Part shown: positions 54,746 through 64,000 of the stretch, one piece after another
Numbering within the stretch: the first letter of the stretch is position 1
Layout of the letters: every line of letters starts with the position of its first letter
Source of the DNA: an uncultured Candidatus Saccharibacteria bacterium
Lineage (GTDB): Bacteria; Patescibacteriota; Kazan-3B-28
Direction of reading: 5' to 3'
Length of the DNA: 64,000 nucleotides
Assembly: GCA_964434605.1 (NCBI GenBank)
Contig: CAYSVM010000001.1
Coordinates: 119,624 to 183,623 of the forward strand
Notes under the pieces: generated by a model
Seen by the model: the letters and a program-made list of their open reading frames with translations, nothing else
Database searches by the model: none
What the model was told of the DNA's origin: nothing
Made by a program: the position numbers and the translations under genes

Positions 54746-55660
54746 ATGCATAGTTACGACATCATAGTTGTCGGCGCTGGTGCTGCCGGTCTGACTTCCG
54801 CCATCTACAGTAGCCGTCGGAAACTCTCTACCCTGGTTATCGGAAAAGAAGTAGGCGGACAAGCTGCCACCACTCTTTCAATCGAAAACTATCCAGGAAT
54901 AGAGTCGACTACCGGACCCGATCTAATGAATCAGTTTGCCAAACAAGCCAAAAGATTCGGAGCAGAGATTATTACGGGAGAAATTCTTTCTGTTTCGAAA
55001 AACGATACTGGATTTTTAGTCCGTACCACTACTGATAGTTATCAAACAAAAGCAGTCATTCTAGCATTCGGGAGTCAGCATCGTCACCTAGATGTTCCAG
55101 GAGAAAAAGAATTTTTGAACAAAGGTGTAGTGTATTGCGCTACTTGCGATGCCCCGTTCTTCGAAGGAAAGCCCGTAGCTATAGTGGGTGGTGGCAATGG
55201 TGCGCTCTATGCGGCAACTGTTCTACTTCCTCTAGCCAGCAAGATTTACATAATCCATCGAGGAGAAACCCAAAAAGCAGAGGCCTGGTTGGTAGACAAA
55301 GTACGAAAAGAACCAAAGGTCGAAATAATAACCCAAGCGAACGTTAAAGAAATTCTGGGCAATACCTTTTTGGAAAAAATAAAGATAGAAACTCCTGAAG
55401 GCGAACGTGAGTTGCCCGTAGAAGGCATCTTTATTTCTATCGGCCATACGGTCGATTCCGCATTTTTAAACGGACTGATAGACTTAGATAGCAGGGGTCA
55501 AATTATAGTCGATCAATTCGGTCGAACATCAGTAGCGGGCATCTTTGCTGCAGGAGATGCCACTACTGTTCCATATAAACAAATGGTTATTGCTGCTGGA
55601 GAGGGGGCAAAAGCAGCGTTGTCCGCCTACGATTATATTCAATCTCAAACCTCAGCATGA
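54746..55660 (+). CDS. trxB: thioredoxin-disulfide reductase
   Basis: FAD motif VVGAGAAGLTSA, redox CATCDAPFF, NADPH motif GGGNGA. Confidence 0.9.
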   Translation: MHSYDIIVVGAGAAGLTSAIYSSRRKLSTLVIGKEVGGQAATTLSIENYPGIESTTGPDLMNQFAKQAKRFGAEIITGEILSVSKNDTGFLVRTTTDSYQTKAVILAFGSQHRHLDVPGEKEFLNKGVVYCATCDAPFFEGKPVAIVGGGNGALYAATVLLPLASKIYIIHRGETQKAEAWLVDKVRKEPKVEIITQANVKEILGNTFLEKIKIETPEGERELPVEGIFISIGHTVDSAFLNGLIDLDSRGQIIVDQFGRTSVAGIFAAGDATTVPYKQMVIAAGEGAKAALSAYDYIQSQTSA

Positions 55661-55932
55661 ACCAACTTGTAAAATACACCGTGTTCTCCTCCCCCACTTG
55701 CCACTATTGTCATGCACTAATGGATTGGCTTAGTCAACGTAGTGTTGCATTTGAAGAAAAAGACATCATGGCAGACATGAATGCTCGTCGTATAATGGTC
55801 GAAAAAAGTCAGCAGATGCATGTACCAGTTAGCCTTATAGAACTGCAAAACCCTGCCGGCCAGAAAATGGAACGGGTCGTGGTAGGATTCGATCAACTCC
55901 AAATAGCGAAGATCCTAAACATCCGCGCCTAA
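55657..55932 (+). CDS. glutaredoxin-like (NrdH/Grx) thioredoxin-fold protein
   Basis: CHYC active site in YTVFSSPTCHYCHAL. Overlaps the trxB stop. Confidence 0.7.
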   Translation: MNQLVKYTVFSSPTCHYCHALMDWLSQRSVAFEEKDIMADMNARRIMVEKSQQMHVPVSLIELQNPAGQKMERVVVGFDQLQIAKILNIRA

Positions 55933-56541
55933 GTTCTCTCTCGTTACAGCTTTGCGGATATCAGAATAACCAAATCCCTTGCGTGCCAAGTAGCTTGCAA
56001 CTTTTTCGTAGCGCTCTTTCCACGGAAGGTCAGCAGAAAGTTTGCGGTTTTTAACTAGAGCCAATTTCATTACCGTATCTTCTTCTGACTCGACTTTCAT
56101 TACTACCCCCCTCGCTAAATCATTCGGTATCCCTTTTTGTCTAAGCTTCAACAATATCTCTTTCTTACTCTTTGTTTTGCTCGCCACTAATTCGCTAACC
56201 AACCTTTCGGCAAGTCTTCGGTCATTCAGCAAATCGGCATCCTTTAATCTCTTCACTACCCTCTTGGCTAAGTCTGACTCAAATTTACGCTCTAGTTTTC
56301 TGTACAGATCTCTTTCAGATTTTGGGCTAATCTGCAAAGTTCTTAGTGCCCATTCCCATGCACTATTCTCTGTTTGAGTAGTCTCCAGTTTATCTACCAA
56401 CTTTGGACTAAGAGTAAGTCCTGGCTTCAGACCCAGTCTCAACGCCACTAAGCGATCTAGTCCGCGATAGAATTTCCCATCCACATAAAGGTTGACTCTC
56501 TCTGAATTCCGCGCCTGAACGCTGATTTTAGTAATCTCCAT
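55915..56541 (-). CDS. recX: regulatory protein RecX
   Basis: MEITKISVQARNSERVNLYVDGKFYRGLD and repeated three-helix modules typical of RecX. Not adjacent to recA. Confidence 0.75.
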   Translation of the reverse strand: MEITKISVQARNSERVNLYVDGKFYRGLDRLVALRLGLKPGLTLSPKLVDKLETTQTENSAWEWALRTLQISPKSERDLYRKLERKFESDLAKRVVKRLKDADLLNDRRLAERLVSELVASKTKSKKEILLKLRQKGIPNDLARGVVMKVESEEDTVMKLALVKNRKLSADLPWKERYEKVASYLARKGFGYSDIRKAVTRENLGADV

Positions 56542-56598
56542 GCTATTTTTATTGTACCCCCAAACCCCTTATAATAAAGACTGTGCTATCTGTGTATT

Positions 56599-58098
56599 AT
56601 GCCTAAAGACAAATTCTATCTCACTACCTCTCTGGTCTACACTAACGCCAAACCCCACATTGGCTTTGCCTTGGAACTTATCCAAGCAGATGCCATTGCT
56701 CGCTGGGAGCGTCTTCGGGGCAAGGATGTTTATTTCCTGACTGGTACAGATGAACATGGGATCAAGATCTACCAGAAGGCCGAAGAAGAGAAAAAAGACC
56801 CCCAAAAGTTTATTGATGAAATTGCTGAGAGCGTAAAAGACCTGGCATCCCGTCTAAACATTTCCTATACCGACTTCATCCGCACTTCTGACCAAAAGCG
56901 CCACTGGCCTGCTGTTCGAGCACTATGGGAAAAGCTGGTAGAAGAGGGAGACATAGAGAAAGGACACTACAAAGGATACTACTCGGTAAACGATGAATCA
57001 TATATCACCAAGACAGACTACGAGTCCGGTGCCTATGCAGACAAGAAAGTAATTGAGCTTGAAGAAGATAACTACATCTTCAAACTAGGTAAATTTACCA
57101 ATCAACTGAAATCAGCTATTGGAAACGACTTAAATATTATTCCCGAACATCGAGCTAAAGAAACTCTGAATTTCATCAATGCTGGTCTCATGGATATTAG
57201 CTTCTCCCGTCCCAAAGACAAGCTTTCATGGGGAATCCCAGTTCCCAATGACGAAAGCCAAGTAATGTATGTCTGGTGCGATGCCCTCACAAACTACATT
57301 AGTGCCATTGGGTATCCAAACAAAGACTATGAAAAATACTGGCCGGCAGACCTACATATCATCGGCAAAGATATTCTCAAATTTCACTCCATCTACTGGC
57401 CTGCAATGTTAATGGGGGCTGGTATTAAAATACCAAAAAAGATTTTGGTTCATGGCCACATTCTTTCTAGCGGACAGAAGATGAGCAAGTCTGTTGGTAA
57501 TGTAGTTGATCCCATAGAGCTTATAGACAAATGGGGTGCGGATGCTGTGAGATATTACCTTCTCAGAGAAATACCCACTACAGGCGATGGTGATTATTCT
57601 ACTGAACGATTTGCAGAAGCATATAACTCCGGGCTTGCTAATGATTTAGGCAATTTATTAAGTCGAGTGCTAAAGCTTGCTAATGGTACTGTCCCATCCC
57701 CAATATTATCGAGTAGCTTAATGGCGGAGAGTCTCTCGAAAACTGTTACTGATTCAATGGCAACATTTCAGCTTAATCTAGCCGTTGAGCAAATCTGGGG
57801 CATTATTCGGGAATTAAATCAGTATGTTGATGCAACTAAACCGTGGGAACTAATTAAATCTGACGAAGCCAAATTCAAGGAAACGATGTATCACTTATTA
57901 GAAAGTCTGCGACTAGTATCTATTGCTCTTTACCCCTTCCTTCCCAACACTTCCGATCGTATTCGCCAACAACTCGGGCTTCCTCCTATCGAACAAAACA
58001 ATTTTGATTTCTCTAAAGAAACTGAGTGGGGCGGTCTAAAAGAAGGACATAAATTGGGAGAGCCAGAAATCCTTTTCCCCAAGCAGGAGGGTAAATAA
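56599..58098 (+). CDS. metG: methionyl-tRNA synthetase (short form)
   Basis: HIGH-type motif PHIGFA and KMSKS. Confidence 0.9.
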   Translation: MPKDKFYLTTSLVYTNAKPHIGFALELIQADAIARWERLRGKDVYFLTGTDEHGIKIYQKAEEEKKDPQKFIDEIAESVKDLASRLNISYTDFIRTSDQKRHWPAVRALWEKLVEEGDIEKGHYKGYYSVNDESYITKTDYESGAYADKKVIELEEDNYIFKLGKFTNQLKSAIGNDLNIIPEHRAKETLNFINAGLMDISFSRPKDKLSWGIPVPNDESQVMYVWCDALTNYISAIGYPNKDYEKYWPADLHIIGKDILKFHSIYWPAMLMGAGIKIPKKILVHGHILSSGQKMSKSVGNVVDPIELIDKWGADAVRYYLLREIPTTGDGDYSTERFAEAYNSGLANDLGNLLSRVLKLANGTVPSPILSSSLMAESLSKTVTDSMATFQLNLAVEQIWGIIRELNQYVDATKPWELIKSDEAKFKETMYHLLESLRLVSIALYPFLPNTSDRIRQQLGLPPIEQNNFDFSKETEWGGLKEGHKLGEPEILFPKQEGK

Positions 58099-58946
58099 TG
58101 CCAGTTGCACTCTTGCCGCTCATCGGAGTAATAGCCGATGCTATTTATCTTACTATTGCCAAAGTTTTCTTGCGTCGCTTCGGGCGGTTTACAAGTCGTG
58201 AGTTCAACTGGTTCATGTTCGCAACCATAGTTGTAATTCTCGCAGTATTAATGCCCTTTATCGGCCACCTACCAGTTTGGATAGAAATTAAACGTACTGC
58301 CCCCTGGTTACTAGGAGTAGTTATCTTAGCATGTTTGCATAACACTCTTTTCTATTGGGGGCTTGAGCACGAAAAAATTTCCGAGATCGAGCCATTCTTG
58401 CTTTTTAGCCCGCTCGCAGGAATCTTAATCGCTAGTATTTTCTACCCCAGCGAACGGTTTCTGCATATATATATCGCTATTATTATCGCTAGTATAGTTT
58501 TGATTTGGAGTCGTTTTCAACGCCACCGAATTGCCTTTAGCGAAGGTCTTCTGGCTATCTTTGCCTACATTATTCTAAGTGGCTTAGAATTGGTTTTCCT
58601 AAAACGCCTACTAGAAATTTACGATCCTCTTACTCTTTACTTTATTCGTTGTATTTTTGTACTGATTGGGTTAACTCTTGCTGCTAGACCACGATTGTTT
58701 ATAATCAAACCACATCATCTTAAGTGGTTTGGCGTTGTTGGGTTAATGGTGGTCGTTGCTGTTTGGGCGACCTACTCTGCCTACCAGCTACGCGGTATAT
58801 CCGAAACCTTATTTGTCTTTGTCCTCTCCCCCATTTTGGTCTATTGGTTCTCCGCAGCTTTTCTGAAGGAAAAGTGGAAAACTAAAAATGTTGTAGCCAG
58901 TATAGTAATTAGCATTCTGGTAATTTGGGTTACCCTGCTAAAATAA
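58098..58946 (+). CDS. EamA/DMT-superfamily-like polytopic membrane protein
   Basis: 282 aa with about 9 to 10 TM helices in a two-half repeat. Overlaps the metG stop. Confidence 0.55.
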   Translation: MPVALLPLIGVIADAIYLTIAKVFLRRFGRFTSREFNWFMFATIVVILAVLMPFIGHLPVWIEIKRTAPWLLGVVILACLHNTLFYWGLEHEKISEIEPFLLFSPLAGILIASIFYPSERFLHIYIAIIIASIVLIWSRFQRHRIAFSEGLLAIFAYIILSGLELVFLKRLLEIYDPLTLYFIRCIFVLIGLTLAARPRLFIIKPHHLKWFGVVGLMVVVAVWATYSAYQLRGISETLFVFVLSPILVYWFSAAFLKEKWKTKNVVASIVISILVIWVTLLK

Positions 58947-58952
58947 AAAGCT

Positions 58953-59735
58953 ATGGAAATAATAGATACCCATACTCACCTCAACTTTCCCCAGTTCCAT
59001 TCCGACCTTGAAGAAGTAATTAGTCGCTCTTGGAATGCAGGGCTTACAGCTATTATCAACGTTGGCACCGACCTGCTCGCTTCCCAAGAATCTATAAACC
59101 TAGCATCTCGCTACACGAACATATATGCCACTGTTGGTCTTCATCCGCACTATGCAGACGATTGGAGAAACCAACTAGATGGTCTAAAGCAGATAGCTCG
59201 ACAACCAAAAATCGTTGCAGTTGGTGAAATTGGTCTAGATTACTTTCGCAATCTTTCTGCCCACGAAAATCAAATCGCTGCATTTACCGCCCAGCTAAGA
59301 TTGGCACTTCAACTAGAAAAACCAATTATTCTTCACTGTCGAGATGCATATACCGAGATGTTAGCGCTACTAGAAACCGAATACATTCCTCATCTAAAAG
59401 GTCGTATTCCTGGGATTATTCACTCTTTTGCCGCCGGTCCCGCTTATGCACAGCGTTTTTTGAAACTAGGGTTTTATATCGGGCTAAACAATATGGTGAC
59501 CTATTCTACTAACGCTTCCTTGCAGGAGTCTATTAAATTGATTCCTCTGGACAGAATAGTGCTTGAAACAGATTGTCCATATCTTCCTCCTGCTCAGCTC
59601 AAGGGTGGTAGGTCTGAGCCAATGCACATAGTTGATGTTGCTCGCAAAATAGCCGAAGTTAAAGAGGTGGCTATTGAAGAAGTAGAATCAGTAACCAGCC
59701 ACAATGCCAAAGAAGTATTTAATATCAATGCGTAA
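58953..59735 (+). CDS. tatD: TatD-family metal-dependent hydrolase/DNase
   Basis: IDTHTHLNF N-terminus, plus conserved HCR and E...D residues. Confidence 0.85.
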   Translation: MEIIDTHTHLNFPQFHSDLEEVISRSWNAGLTAIINVGTDLLASQESINLASRYTNIYATVGLHPHYADDWRNQLDGLKQIARQPKIVAVGEIGLDYFRNLSAHENQIAAFTAQLRLALQLEKPIILHCRDAYTEMLALLETEYIPHLKGRIPGIIHSFAAGPAYAQRFLKLGFYIGLNNMVTYSTNASLQESIKLIPLDRIVLETDCPYLPPAQLKGGRSEPMHIVDVARKIAEVKEVAIEEVESVTSHNAKEVFNINA

Positions 59736-60429
59736 ACTAGATATCAACACTCCTGTTTTTTGGCTTCAAGATGCCGGACATTCTGCCTACTTGGTAGGTA
59801 ACCAAGTTCGAGATCGGTTGCTCGGCATTGAATCAGACAGAAGTGATGCTGATATCTCCACTAGTGCACGTCCAAACCAAGTAGTAAAAATTCTACAGCG
59901 TAACAACATTATCCCTACTATTGTCGATGAAAAATTTGGAGTGGTCTCCTTCACCTATTCTCAAGTTCATTTTGAAATAACAACTTTTCGGCACGATATT
60001 TATCGCCAAGAATTAGAGCTCATTAGACGCTATCCTGACGAAATAAAATTTGTATCGGTAGCTGCCCACGACGCACCTAGGAGGGATCTCACTATTAATG
60101 CTATCTACTTCAATCCCAAGACTGGAAAATACTTAGATTATGTTGGAGGCATGGAGGATATTAAGAAGAAAAGAATTCGGGTTATCGGAGATCCACTTAT
60201 TCGTTTTCAAGAAGATCCCATCAGGGTATTGCGAGCCATTCGTTTTCGCCACCTGCTTGGATTTAAATATGATCCCGCCACTTGGTCTGCTATTCAAGTT
60301 AGTGGCAGTCTGCTGAAAAAAGTTTCTCCCAACATAGTGAAAAAAGAACTCCAAAAACTCCAAACGATTCCTCAGTATCGTGCCGCTCGGGTCGAGCTAG
60401 TAAAGCTTGGTATCGTAAAAGCTGCTTAA
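59728..60429 (+). CDS. class II nucleotidyltransferase head-domain protein (minimal CCA-adding / poly(A) polymerase family)
   Basis: LVGNQVRDRLLG, RRDLTINAIY and EDPIRVLRAIRF motifs. Only about 233 aa, so the body and tail are absent. Start is the ATG overlapping the tatD stop. The alternative 59704 start overlaps tatD by 32 nt. Confidence 0.7.
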   Translation: MRKLDINTPVFWLQDAGHSAYLVGNQVRDRLLGIESDRSDADISTSARPNQVVKILQRNNIIPTIVDEKFGVVSFTYSQVHFEITTFRHDIYRQELELIRRYPDEIKFVSVAAHDAPRRDLTINAIYFNPKTGKYLDYVGGMEDIKKKRIRVIGDPLIRFQEDPIRVLRAIRFRHLLGFKYDPATWSAIQVSGSLLKKVSPNIVKKELQKLQTIPQYRAARVELVKLGIVKAA

Positions 60430-61035
60430 CTAAATTGTTTGTGTTTGCTCGTAAGGAACAATGGTAGTAACTGCTAGAATATCGTCTGGGAATACTATCT
60501 TGCGTTTCTCAATTCGTACCACTCGATTAGCTGGCAAGATCAAATTGCTAGTAATCGTTCCTACAATAGACAAAGACTGGATGTAGTACTGTTGGATCGT
60601 AGAAGTTATCGTATCAAAAACAACATCAGATACTGCTCCCAAGAGTTTGCCACTTTTTGTTTCTGCTCTAAATCCAATCAACTCCAAATGTTTGTCCAAA
60701 AGTTCCGCCAGTCCTGCTACTTCCTCTGGAACAATAACTGCATTCTGACTTTGCACCACAATCATCTCTGGTGCGTATTCCACAATATCAGCTGGGACTA
60801 TTACTTTTGTCCTCTGCCATCCCCCAAGCTTGGCCAGGGTGAATGCAACCATTTTCTGGCTAGCAGGATTCACTACCCAACCAAAAACACTCCCGAGCAT
60901 CTCCCCAGTTTCCAAATCGAGCACGGGTTGCTGATGAACATCGGTTATACGCCGTAAATTCATCTCTTCCTCCTTCTCCATTATACTTCCAACTTCCATA
61001 AATTGAGGACTGGTATAATAGATGCCGTATGGCAC
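60430..61035 (-). CDS. hypothetical protein, possible tandem PRC-barrel-like domains
   Basis: Two roughly 80-aa repeats with a G.V.D....TG.I pattern. Assignment is tentative. Confidence 0.45.
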   Translation of the reverse strand: MPYGIYYTSPQFMEVGSIMEKEEEMNLRRITDVHQQPVLDLETGEMLGSVFGWVVNPASQKMVAFTLAKLGGWQRTKVIVPADIVEYAPEMIVVQSQNAVIVPEEVAGLAELLDKHLELIGFRAETKSGKLLGAVSDVVFDTITSTIQQYYIQSLSIVGTITSNLILPANRVVRIEKRKIVFPDDILAVTTIVPYEQTQTI

Positions 61036-61931
61036 GAATCAGTCGTTATCTAGTTTGGATATGCCTGCCCCTCTCCCTCTTCCTGGGTGGCTGTATGTTC
61101 CAAAAATCAACCCCAGATGAGGTAATCTCCAAATTAGCTCGGGCATCTTCTGAGCTAATCACTTTCCAATACTCTGTAGATCTCTCTCTTGCCGGCCGTC
61201 TCCCCATTGCCATAGTCAAAGATGTAAACAGTGCTTCTGTGCAATTGTTCGGAAGTGCTGACAGCAAAGATCCTAACAATCCCCAATTTACCCTGCAAGC
61301 AAATCTTTCCGGTAACTCTTCTACGGGACAGTTTGCAATTAATGGAGATTTGGTTGGCACCGAAGGATATACCTATTTCCGTATGACCAACTTATCCCTA
61401 CCCACTCTCTCCCCTGTCTCTCTAGGAGCAGATAGTCGCTGGTACAAAATAAGGCATCTAGATAGTTCTAACCCTAACGAAAAGAAACTAGGTGTTTTGG
61501 AAAAAAAGACATTCACTCCTCAAGAGCTGGAAGAACTTCGTCTCTTTCTTTCCAGCACGCCCATATTTGAAATAACAGAAGTCTTACCAGATGCAACAGT
61601 AAACGGGCAGAGATCTTACCACTACCGTACAAAAATAACACAAGAATCAATTGCTGATTTATCTGAAAAAATAGGCAAACTACTTGGTGTTTCGATCAAC
61701 CAAAAAAATACAGATAGCTTACTTGCGTATGAGCCCGAACTATGGATAAACAAAAGAACCTTCCAACTCTCTCAACTCAAACTGGTTGGGCTGTATCAGA
61801 CCGATGGACTTCCAATAGACTTTGATTTTACTCTCGGGCTTTCTCGCCACAATGAAAAACTGACCATTACGGCACCTAAAGCATCCGAAGAGCTAGATCC
61901 CAGACAATGGATCACCCAGCTTCCGCTGTAG
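61029..61931 (+). CDS. hypothetical lipoprotein
   Basis: Signal peptide with lipobox LFLGGC. Confidence 0.55.
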   Translation: MARISRYLVWICLPLSLFLGGCMFQKSTPDEVISKLARASSELITFQYSVDLSLAGRLPIAIVKDVNSASVQLFGSADSKDPNNPQFTLQANLSGNSSTGQFAINGDLVGTEGYTYFRMTNLSLPTLSPVSLGADSRWYKIRHLDSSNPNEKKLGVLEKKTFTPQELEELRLFLSSTPIFEITEVLPDATVNGQRSYHYRTKITQESIADLSEKIGKLLGVSINQKNTDSLLAYEPELWINKRTFQLSQLKLVGLYQTDGLPIDFDFTLGLSRHNEKLTITAPKASEELDPRQWITQLPL

Positions 61932-61941
61932 TAGGTTGTCT

Positions 61942-62015
61942 TGGTGGGTCCGGCAGGAATCGGACCTGCATCAATTGCTTAAAAGGCAACTGCTTTACCA
62001 CTAAGCTACGGACCC
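61942..62015 (-). tRNA. tRNA-Lys (anticodon TTT), CCA encoded
   Basis: Minus-strand read GGGTCCGTAGCTTAGTGGTAAAGCAGTTGCCTTTTAAGCAATTGATGCAGGTCCGATTCCTGCCGGACCCACCA. Acceptor GGGTCCG/CGGACCC, anticodon loop CTTTTAA. Confidence 0.85.
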
Positions 62016-62095
62016 TACTAACCCACAGATTCTAGTCTACCAGATTTCTTTCTGTCAAATGAGAACATCTGAGGGGCTGTGGTAAAATACGAGAT

Positions 62096-64000
62096 ATGCA
62101 GAAGTGGATCTTAGTTGGACTAAGCGTAATTTATACAGCGCAATGGATAGCGCCTGTTTCAGCGACATCCGAGCTGCAGATTGCTGGAACAATTCTTGGC
62201 GATGTCAACTTGCCTATTACTATCCAGCAGACTACACCAAATGATCCCCTATTCTCGTCCCAGACTTATCTTAATCAAATCAATATCCCGTCTGCTTGGA
62301 ATACAACTATAGGAAGCGATATCCCTATTGCTGTAATTGATACAGGTGTCTATCTTTCTCACGAAGATTTGATGGGAAAACTTTGGGTAAATCCCAATGA
62401 GATTTCTGGTAACGGATTTGATGATGACTCCAATGGATATATTGACGACTACAACGGCTACAACTTTATTTCCAACAACTCGGATATTTCAGACAACCAT
62501 GGGCATGGTACTGGTATCGCTAGTATTATTGCTGCCCAGACCAATAACAATAAAGGCATGGCTGGTATAAACTGGCGTGCCTCCCTGATGGTTCTAAAAG
62601 CTCTCAACTCTGCAGGGGGAGGAGACTTCAGTACGGTTGCTCGAGCTATTCGTTATGCAGCAGATAACGGGGCGAAGGTTATTAATATGAGTTTCGGTGC
62701 AGTTGAGAACTTCCCCGAACTATCTAGTGCTGTGAGTTATGCATTAAATAAACAAATTATTATTGTTGCTGCAGTAGGCAACAACCATGGACAGGGAATT
62801 TTCTACCCCTCTGCTTACCCAGATGTCATTGCCGTAAGCTCCATTGGAAGCTCTGGGAATATTTCAAGCTTCAGCAACTATGGTATGGGAGTGGACATTG
62901 CTGCTCCGGGAGAAAATATTCTAATGGCCGGTTCATTTGCCAACGGAAACAGTAGCTATGTACGTGGCTCTGGTTCATCTTTCGCTGCCGCAGAAGTAAC
63001 TGGTGTTGTTTCTCTTCTCCTAGCTCGCTATCCATCTCTCTCGCCCACTCAGGTAAGTTCAGTTTTAAAATCTACTGCTACCACTCTTTCTTACAATTCA
63101 AGCGATATCTACGTTGGAGCAGGAAGAATCAACGCAAGCCAAGCACTCAACTACCAAACTCGAAACCTAACTGCTCGACTAACTTTTAGTCGTACTACTG
63201 TTCCAGCAGACGGCCTTACCCCTGCTACCGTTACTCTAGTGGTTGGAGATGAATTTAATCAGCCACAAAGCAACTTGTCTGTTACTCTGCGTGCTAGTGG
63301 GAATAACAATTTAGTGAACGGAGCATTGGTACACGGAGATACTGTCTTGGGCATGACTAACATGCAAGGACAAATTACTTTTACCCTCGCTTCCAATGTT
63401 GCAGAAACCAAACAACTAACATTCTCCAGCGGGGCAAATAGCATTAACCTTTCTTCGTCTGGTCGGGTGGTCTTCAATGTCTTAAAAAGCATGAGACATT
63501 CCATGAGCTGGATTAGACAAAGCGCATATCCCACTATGAATCTTGGAGACACCGCTACTCTTTGGGTGGAAGTAAAAAATACTGGGAATGTAGCTTGGAT
63601 TAGTGACAAAGTGGCAGGTAGCACCAAAGGTCAGATGTGGCTTGGGACAGATCGTCCGAAGAATCGGGAAAGTAGTTTTTACGATGCTAGTTCTTGGGGA
63701 TCTCGTAATAGGGCAACTAAAATGACTCCTAGTATAGTATATCCGGGAGAAAATGCTCGCTTTGAATTTACCATCCGTGCTAATCAGAATGGAAAATTTC
63801 GTGAATACTTCCGACCAGTTGTCGAGTATGTCTCTTGGTTAAATGATCTCGGTATTTATTGGGATGTTACCGTTATTAACCCAAACATTTTTGATATTAG
63901 CAATATCTTCAATCCTTTCACGAGCATCAATATATCTGAATATTCAGCAGACATTAGAGGAAAGACAAATGACCTTACTGTCACTCCCAACCAAAACTTA
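62096..64000 (+). CDS. secreted subtilisin-like serine protease (peptidase S8) with C-terminal beta-sandwich-like domains; 3' partial
   Basis: Signal peptide. Catalytic D (VAVIDTGV), H (HGHGTG) and S (GSSFAAAEVTG). The frame is open to the window end. The C-terminal region contains the EYFRPV module. Confidence 0.85.
   Translation, partial: MQKWILVGLSVIYTAQWIAPVSATSELQIAGTILGDVNLPITIQQTTPNDPLFSSQTYLNQINIPSAWNTTIGSDIPIAVIDTGVYLSHEDLMGKLWVNPNEISGNGFDDDSNGYIDDYNGYNFISNNSDISDNHGHGTGIASIIAAQTNNNKGMAGINWRASLMVLKALNSAGGGDFSTVARAIRYAADNGAKVINMSFGAVENFPELSSAVSYALNKQIIIVAAVGNNHGQGIFYPSAYPDVIAVSSIGSSGNISSFSNYGMGVDIAAPGENILMAGSFANGNSSYVRGSGSSFAAAEVTGVVSLLLARYPSLSPTQVSSVLKSTATTLSYNSSDIYVGAGRINASQALNYQTRNLTARLTFSRTTVPADGLTPATVTLVVGDEFNQPQSNLSVTLRASGNNNLVNGALVHGDTVLGMTNMQGQITFTLASNVAETKQLTFSSGANSINLSSSGRVVFNVLKSMRHSMSWIRQSAYPTMNLGDTATLWVEVKNTGNVAWISDKVAGSTKGQMWLGTDRPKNRESSFYDASSWGSRNRATKMTPSIVYPGENARFEFTIRANQNGKFREYFRPVVEYVSWLNDLGIYWDVTVINPNIFDISNIFNPFTSINISEYSADIRGKTNDLTVTPNQNL

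Noticed and set aside
1-64000. Looked for CRISPR arrays, integrases, transposases and rRNA.
   Set aside because: No regularly spaced direct repeats, recombinase motifs or rRNA-like segments were seen.

Overview
This window is a 64 kb, gene-dense (about 42% GC) chromosomal segment from a small-genome bacterium. It covers the replication-origin neighbourhood: dnaA-dnaN-recF on the minus strand faces a divergent rpmH-rnpA-yidD-yidC-jag operon, and perfect DnaA boxes sit nearby. The rest is core information-processing and envelope genes, including fpg, holA, rpsT, nrnA, rpsO-pnp, RNase J, ftsK, yajQ, recA, rsmI/rsmA, uvrD, yebC-ruvC-ruvA, mltG, comEC, rplY, iscS, alaS, an ftsA-like gene, yqgF, hup, trxB, recX, metG, tatD, a surface-glycan cluster (methyltransferase, Wzx-like flippase, two GT1 glycosyltransferases, O-antigen-ligase-like protein), VanW, an L,D-transpeptidase, an RlpA-like protein and an S8 protease. 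I also call seven tRNA genes from the sequence, all with encoded 3' CCA: a plus-strand tRNA-Gly, a plus-strand cluster Arg-His-Arg-Lys-Glu, and a minus-strand tRNA-Lys. Compact aminoacyl-tRNA synthetases, a short YidC, a two-ORF ComEC, head-domain-only tRNA nucleotidyltransferase, overlapping genes and many secreted hypotheticals fit a reduced, possibly Patescibacteria/CPR-like lineage, though phylogeny cannot be settled from this window. I found no CRISPR array, integrase, transposase or rRNA. Items not explained by standard annotation include a roughly 355-nt promoter-to-terminator unit with no ORF that also holds a perfect DnaA box; a 58-aa tandem-repeat Lys/Arg-rich protein that the ORF track assigned to the wrong strand; a methyltransferase-fold DNA-repair-like ORF with an in-frame TAA inside the tRNA array; a small HExxH protein with a consensus promoter between tRNAs; a GC-rich secreted cysteine-containing gene; a coiled-coil two-gene operon behind a perfect consensus sigma70 promoter; and a novel domain shared by the L,D-transpeptidase and the S8 protease. 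All coordinates and motif calls come from manual reading and need software confirmation.
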